From assembly GCA_016871195.1 (NCBI GenBank), contig VFZN01000009.1:1451-65450 (forward strand): a stretch of 64,000 nt of DNA, in the 5' to 3' direction. The notes under the pieces were generated by a model, which did no database searches, was not told where the DNA came from, and was given only the letters and a program-made list of their open reading frames with translations. Each line of letters opens with the position of its first letter. Position 1 is the first letter of the stretch. Origin of the DNA: Acidobacteriota bacterium. GTDB taxonomy: Bacteria; Acidobacteriota; Vicinamibacteria; Vicinamibacterales; UBA2999. This document shows positions 63,616-64,000 of the stretch, in pieces. Both the position numbers and the translations under genes were made by a program.

Positions 63616-64000
63616 TTACTTCACGGCCACAAACATGATTTCGAGCAGGCCGTCCGGCACCACCAGCCCCGTGCCCACCGTGGCACGCGCCGGAAAATCC
63701 TTCGCGAAGAATGTCCGATAGGCCTCGTTCATCTGCGCGAATCGCGAGACGTCGGTCACATACACGGTGCCGTCGACAACATCACTCCACGAGAACCCGG
63801 CAGCCTTGAGCGTCCGATCAATGCGTGTCAGTGTTTCCCGCGTCTGTGCGCCCATGTCTCCCTGATTCTGGGGCGTGTTGCCGAGCAGACCTGACAGATA
63901 CAGGCGGTTGCCCACCTTGATGGCGCTGCTCAGCGTGGGACTGGGCTTGCCGGGCGTGCCGTCCGCAGCCGGCGTCGTGATGGCCTGGCGCTCGCCGCGC
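63616..64000 (-). CDS. RidA/YjgF family protein, 5' end outside window
   Basis: VGNRLYLSGLLG...TRETLTRIDRTLKAAG...DVVDGTVYVTD...PARATVG. The frame stays open to the window edge upstream of the track ORF. Confidence 0.8.
   Translation of the reverse strand, partial: RGERQAITTPAADGTPGKPSPTLSSAIKVGNRLYLSGLLGNTPQNQGDMGAQTRETLTRIDRTLKAAGFSWSDVVDGTVYVTDVSRFAQMNEAYRTFFAKDFPARATVGTGLVVPDGLLEIMFVAVK

Overview
High-G+C bacterial chromosomal segment, with G+C judged by eye, not computed. The gene content suggests an Acidobacteriota-like organism: CarboxypepD_reg-type TonB-dependent receptors, a DUF1592/DUF1552 pair and Bat-like vWA operons. This is inference only. I call 48 protein-coding genes, two of them cut by the window edges. 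I recognised no rRNA, tRNA, CRISPR array, transposase, integrase or prophage gene.

Layout:
- 1-13.3 kb: housekeeping genes (S9 peptidase, plsC, OPT transporter, rex-moaC-dehydrogenase, lepB, an isolated nuoI, a fused homocysteine methyltransferase/MTHFR, a methyltransferase, a glycosyltransferase).
- 13.4-36.5 kb: 14 consecutive + strand genes. They are a TonB-dependent receptor, a Zn-ribbon ORF, a DUF1592/DUF1552/ankyrin trio, and an eight-gene MoxR/DUF58/vWA (Bat-like) operon. That operon opens with a TPR-gluzincin and ends with a legumain (C13)-like protein whose catalytic Cys is replaced.
- 36.5-39.7 kb: rhomboid protease, small Zn-ribbon membrane protein, M28 peptidase, citrate synthase.
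- 39.8-55.6 kb: phosphate-themed neighbourhood. It holds ppx, a fused pstC/A-like permease, pstB and phoU with no pstS, plus a lipid kinase, an orphan PhoB-like regulator, glgC, a DASS transporter, a second TonB-dependent receptor, DUF47-PiT and a PhoR/PhoB-like pair.
- 57.6-63.4 kb: imuA-imuB-dnaE2 SOS mutagenesis cassette behind a near-consensus promoter flanked by two inverted TTCG-N7-TTCG elements.

The best candidate for an undescribed system is the expanded MoxR/vWA operon at 22.8-36.5 kb. All functional calls rest on motif recognition by eye in the supplied translations. No database search was run.
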